DNA of 64,000 nucleotides. Origin: Azolla caroliniana. Lineage: Eukaryota > Plantae > Polypodiophyta. Every line of letters starts with the position of its first letter. Within the stretch, counting starts at the first letter, position 1. The notes beneath the pieces were generated by a model. It saw only the letters and a list, made by a program, of their open reading frames with translations, did not search any database and had not been told where the DNA came from. Below, one piece after another: positions 58,536 to 64,000 of the stretch. Both the position numbers and the translations under genes were made by a program. The stretch is taken from the NCBI GenBank assembly GCA_043228905.1, contig JBHGNT010000004.1, positions 17,670,001 through 17,734,000 on the forward strand, written 5' to 3'.

Positions 58536-59745
58536 TGTTGGGAATTCGATCCCTCCGAATGGGATTCAGATGAGAACCGAAGGAGCCGGATCAGACGGAT
58601 CCGGAAGATATCTGGTGTGAACCGGATCCAGGGACATATCTGTAAATATGTTTCTAGAGGGCCTGTCATGGCCATATTTGTAAATAGTCCTAAAGTCATA
58701 TAAGTATAAATATGACTTAGGGCAACCACTTGTGTGTAGTGGTTAGAGTTGGTTATTATTACTGTTGTAAAGGTAGATAGAGAGAGAGAGAGAGAGAGAG
58801 AAAAAACTTTTCTATTGTAACCGTCGGTTGGCGAAGACATAGAGCTCGAGGTCGTTGCCTCTGAGTCTTGCTTGGTATCCTCTTCTTATAGTGATAGTTG
58901 GGGTCTGTGGGCTCCCGTGGTTTTTTCCCTATTAGGGTTTTCCACGTAAACATCTGGTGTCGTCTCATATTCTGTAAGTGCATTAATCTCATTTCTATTT
59001 CCTGCATTCTTCCATTGAGTGTTTAAGACTCGGTAGAGACCGCGCGCTATTCCTCACAAACTAGTATCAGAGCAAGGTTCTAAACCTTGAAGAAAATGGA
59101 AGAGTCATTCGAAAGCATGTTCGAGCTCACTAGCTCCAACTATCTAGTGTGGAAGTCGATGATGAGGGACATGCTCGTGGTCAAAGATCTTTGGTTGCCG
59201 GTGTAGTTTGGAGACAAGAGGCCAGACAAGATCGATGTCACGACGTGGGAGGTGATGCATATGAAGACGACAACATACATTCGGTGCTTCATTGACATGA
59301 GCCTGTACAACAACTTTAATGAAGAAAGTAAGGCACATGTGCTCTAGGAGAAAATCGACACCATGTTGGAGAGCAAGAACGTCGTAAATCGGGTTTCGGT
59401 ATTTCGGAAGTGAGTGAGACTCCGGTACCAAGATGGATCCAGCATGACGGAGCACATGAATGCATTCCAGGGGATCATAAACCAAACAACCTCATTGGAA
59501 GTACCACTAGACGACGAGGTACTTGCGTTGCTCCTACTCGGTTCCCTCCCGGATAGTTGGGAGACGCTAGTTGTCACTTTGGGCAACGTCAGGCTGGAAG
59601 GAAAACAGTTGTCCCTAGCAAGGGTAAAATCGAGCTTGCTAGATGAAGAAGCTCGTCGGAAGGACCGGGAGTCTAGAACCGATCTGAAGGTCTTGGTCAC
59701 GGAATATGACCATAACCGGGGAAGAGGCCAGAATCAGAGTCCCCA
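58536..59745 (+). mobile_element. Copia-5 (Tork/Tnt1-like) 5' LTR, PBS and gag
   Basis: LTR 58536 to about 59058, PBS TAGTATCAGAGC 59062-59073, gag SNYLVWKSMMRDML, LLLLGSLPDSWETLVVTL. Confidence 0.85.
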
Positions 59746-60851
59746 AAACTTGAAAGTTGTAACATGGAACGTACAAGGACTCAAGAGTCGACCAGACCAG
59801 CAAAATAGATGGAAACTGAGAAGGGATCTTGAGGAATATATATTAGGGGGTGTTGTTGACATAATCATGTTGCAAGAACACCACCTCGATAGTACTCGTT
59901 CAAAGGAAGTCAGAGACCTTTTACCAAGATCATGGCGAACAATTTGGGAGCCAGCAATAGGGGAGGATGGAAATCATGGTGGTATTTGCACTTTGATTCG
60001 GGAACATCTTGCCCAAGACCTAATACATCAAGAATCACTTATACATGGTAGGGCACATTTTTGCACGCTAGCCATCCAAGGACAACATTGGAATTTCATG
60101 AATGTTTATGCTCCAAATAGCAGCACAGAAAGGGCAATATTCTTGGAGTGCATCCGCTTACACGTAGTAGGTGCAGAGGACTAGTGCATCGGAGGGGATT
60201 TTAATATGATCGAATCCCTTCACGATAGCTCTAGCAACAATCCCATAGTTATACAATGAAGGCAATGAAAACAATGGGAGAAGCTATGTCGACACCTTAA
60301 CCTGAGAGATCTATGGCACTCGGACAACTTCCAACGAAAAAGGGACTCACTCTTATTCTCCCGATCCGATGGGCGAAATAGTGGACTCACACTATCTCGC
60401 ATTGACCACATTTATGTAGGCGAGGCCCTAGAAGCGAAGGGAGGGTGGTGCCACATAACTCCAGTTTCTCCGATCATTACCCGATAATTGGTCACTTTCA
60501 ATTACACCGAAAGTGGGACCCATTTCAACCTCGAATCCCACACACTATCTACACAATCACAGAGGTGAAGGAACAACTCATCAACCAATGGTCATTACGG
60601 CTAATGCCTCATTAGCATCTGACAAACTTCTAGCTAAATTAATAAGAGCTTCAACTCTTCTACACAAGATTGTCAAGACCAGAAGAAAGGAAGCTCAGGA
60701 AAAGCGACAGAGAACAAAACGGGGACTAATAGCCTTACAACGACCCCAACAGAGATACACGGCATGTAGTTGGATTGCAGGACAGGTTGTCATGGCCAAA
60801 CATAAACTCATCATGGCGGAAAAGACAATCTATGACATGGAGTTTCATGGA
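59746..60851 (+). mobile_element. LINE ORF2 APE endonuclease fragment
   Basis: LKVVTWNVQGL, DIIMLQEHH, NVYAPN, GGDFN, SRIDH, SDHYP motifs. Confidence 0.85.
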
Positions 60852-63800
60852 TGTTATCGGTCGGCAAAGGAGTCCAGAGTGTGAAACGGAGGAGTTATTT
60901 AATTATTAGGAATGGTTGTAAGTAAGCTATTAGTGTGGACGGACAGACCAGAATCGGTATGCCGTTCCGGATCCGGACCGATCCCGAACAGGTGCGGATG
61001 GCACCGTTTTGTACTACAGACCGGAAACCTTTTTAAAGGCCCGGATACAATGTAATGAGCAGCGGTTAATTAATAAAGCTTAGTGTTTTTATCTCTCTGT
61101 GTTAATTGTCGTTCTGCATTCATTGTTATATCTTACGCGTGTGATTATTAAGGACGATCTTGCTAAGTAGCCTAATTAAGTTGGATTAATCGTTGAGTCT
61201 AATCCTATTGCCGTAACACCCCTTTGGTGAAGTGTCTTCCGTAGACACCCTATGTTAGGCCATTGTCCGGCCCTAAGAGTTAACACAGTTTTTGGCGACC
61301 ACGATTCCTGTTATTGCAGTGAACGACGGCATGAATGGATGACTAGATCAACGCACAACCTGGTTACAGATCGAACTTGACGCCTTGCCGAAAGGCAAAG
61401 GAGACGTGAGGCTTTCCAGCAAGTAGTGCAGGAAATTAGAGCGGATCGCTCGTTTTCCAACGTAATCCGGAGAGTAGTGGAGGAGTCCCTCTGGTTATAG
61501 CAAACATCGCACCCGGACGACGGCAGCAACCTAAGCAGCCTCCGAGAAACCGAATCCCTTCTCCAGGCGTTGGCAAGCGGAGAAGGCGAAGCAGAAGCCT
61601 TTTCGACGTATGAATCGGATTCCGAAGGGAAATACAGCGTGCACACGAACTACCGTAGCAGCAACGAAACCCCGGGCGGACCGGAGGACGAAGGATCAGA
61701 CACCTTACCGACATCGGAACCGGAAGTGATAAGGCTAGAACCTCCGGAACCAGCAGAGGAAGAGCGACCTCCGACACTGGAAGTCGAGGAGGAGAGGCCT
61801 CCGTCACCAAAAGAAGAGGAAAGACCACCGACGCCAGAGAAAAACCAGGAACGACCACCAACACCGCCAGCCCGCGCACTGATACCGGACGACGACATGC
61901 CGTTCCAGTACTCCAAGTATAGAGATGATCCGGATGCGGAAGCTCATGTTCACGCCTTTGAACAGACATGGGAAGCAAACCATGTGTCCCAGCGATTGAC
62001 CCCGGAGGAAGAGGAACGCTCTAAGATAGCGGAATTTGGCGTCACATTGGAGGGACCGGCAGCAAGATGGCGCCGAACGCAGGACCCGTCTACCATCACC
62101 ACATTCGCAGATTTAAAAGCTAAATTCTTGCATTTTTTCCAAAAATAGGTGGACCAGACAGTAATGGTGGGCTTATTTTATACCATCCGACAGGAGGCAG
62201 GGGAGAGCATTCCCTAGTTTGTCATCCGGTTTCAACGGATGCATAGTCAGCTTGCCCACGCACCCCCGGAGGAGGAGTTACAGACTATATTCCTAAATGC
62301 GCTCCGGGAACCCCTACGCACGGTTTGCACGGTAATTGACTTCCGCGCAAGTACCATCGACCAGGTCATTGACCGGGTGAGAGAGATGGAAAAGACAAGC
62401 TCCTGGCTCACACTGGGAGCACTCCAACGGGCGTTACCGTCCGATGAAGACCTCCGGTTTCGGCAAGCAATACAGTGCACAACCTGCTTGAATTCCGAAC
62501 ACTCGGCACTAGAATGCACTATGAGAACGCAATGTGTAATCTGTCAATCCAAGGGCCATACGATAGATAAGTGCGAGTATAATCTATTGAACCAGCAAGC
62601 ACCGCCCGTCCGACAAATAGAGCCACGCAGCAGCCGGGATGAAGAAGAGGAACGATGGTGGCGAATGGACCGCGACCGACCGGCACAGGATGTCCGGTAT
62701 GGCGATCGACGGGAGAATGATGTCCGGTACGGTGATTGGCGGGATAACTACGACCGGTATGATAGATATGATCGGTACCGGGATTACAATAGACGATATG
62801 AACATTACGACCAGGAGCACTCCCCCGGGTATCGTCAGCAACGGGAGGAATACGGCAGATATAACGACCAACCTCGTCAAGAGTACCGCAATAAGAAGAA
62901 CTATAACAAAAAACGGCATTTCAAAAAAGGCGACTACCCACGAGATCCGGAACAAGGAGCTTCAAGCAGCCAACCGGCCCAAAACCCCGCGCTTACCACG
63001 GGACCTGCCTCATGTACAACAGACAATGCCGAATCCAGCAATACCCGGAAAGCCTACTGCTACTATTGCCGACAGGAAGGCCATTATAGTAATCAATGCC
63101 CGACGAAGAGCTATGACAAACGACAAGCAGTAAATATGGTAGTCCCTGAAGTGGCAGATCTGTAGTAGGTGACCACAAGGTCGAAGGGCATGGCCAAGGA
63201 ATGGGAGACGCAGGAGACCATCCGGAAGCTAGCGACGGAATGGGTGAAGAAAGCAAACGAGCAAAATGTCACAAACTTACAGCGGCAAAAGGAGAACACC
63301 GTAGGGCTTGCCGGCGGCAGTAACTCCGAGAACGAGACATGGCAGGCGTTGCAAGAATGCCAGATTACGCTACCACTAGGAAGACTCCTACAGCTCGTGC
63401 CGAGATTCACGGAAGGATTGAAGACAACCATGACGGAAGGAGAATCATCACTGGCACTGGTACTCTTCTCGAATCTGGAGTAGGGACCAACGGTGGTGGA
63501 CACCAACAGTCCGGTAATTATTGCCATTCTAAAAGGGAAAGAACTCCCCGGCACAGTAATAGACGGAGGAGGCTCCGGGGTGAATGTAATAAGCCTTCGG
63601 GCGTGTGATGCCCTGGGAATCCACGAGTGGGAGCCGTGTCCGTTCTGGTTACGGATGGCCGATACAAGCTCAGTGCGGCCGACAGGATTAATACGAAAAT
63701 TAGAAGTCACCGTTGGCGGTCATACATTTCACATCTCAGCAGTAGTGCTACAATTACAGGCACAAGGCGCATACCCGTTATTGCTAGGGCGGCTGTGGTT

Positions 63801-64000
63801 GAAAACGGCACATATCAAACAGAATTGGAGGAAAAATATAATTACCTTCCGGCGAGGAAAAGCCAAGGTACGGGTACCAACACAGCCAAGGACGAGCACT
63901 GGCAAGGAATGTACACTGTTGTATCCAGAGTGCGTCAACATGCTAGAAGGGTTAGCTGACGAAGAAGAAGCTCAATACTTGCAGGAAAACCCGAAGATCG
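60852..64000 (+). mobile_element. Non-chromoviral Gypsy (Tat/Athila-like), 5' part, runs off the window
   Basis: LTR 60852-61285 (TGTTA..TAACA), PBS-like TGGCGACCAC (probably tRNA-Arg) after a 7-nt spacer, gag with CCHC knuckles, protease VIDGGSGVNVI..LLGRLWL; several stops. Confidence 0.85.

Overview
Eukaryotic, transposon-dense plant genomic DNA. The element repertoire suggests a non-seed plant such as a fern or lycophyte (inference). There is one host gene: a 5-exon, 154-aa GPI-anchored X8/PDCB-like gene on the minus strand (47450-54656), with a LINE fragment, a Copia and a mini-MULE in its introns. The rest is nested Copia, Gypsy and LINE elements of very different ages. Highlights: (1) an intact, very young Gypsy (15090-22412) with a tRNA-Trp PBS, a PAS-like U5 octamer, 4-bp TSD and gag-protease joined to pol by a GGAUUUU slippery site plus pseudoknot, an alpharetrovirus-like layout; (2) its gag-only non-autonomous partner (33377-36801) with an intact 673-aa ORF; (3) a recurrent tRNA-type A-box/33-nt/B-box module lying antisense in the U3 of several different Gypsy LTR families, a candidate Pol III/TFIIIC device; (4) a self-priming Tcn1-like chromovirus; (5) an (AG)n-associated LINE family; (6) a 481-bp MULE encoding only a DNA-binding domain. 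All calls were made by eye; no database searches were run.
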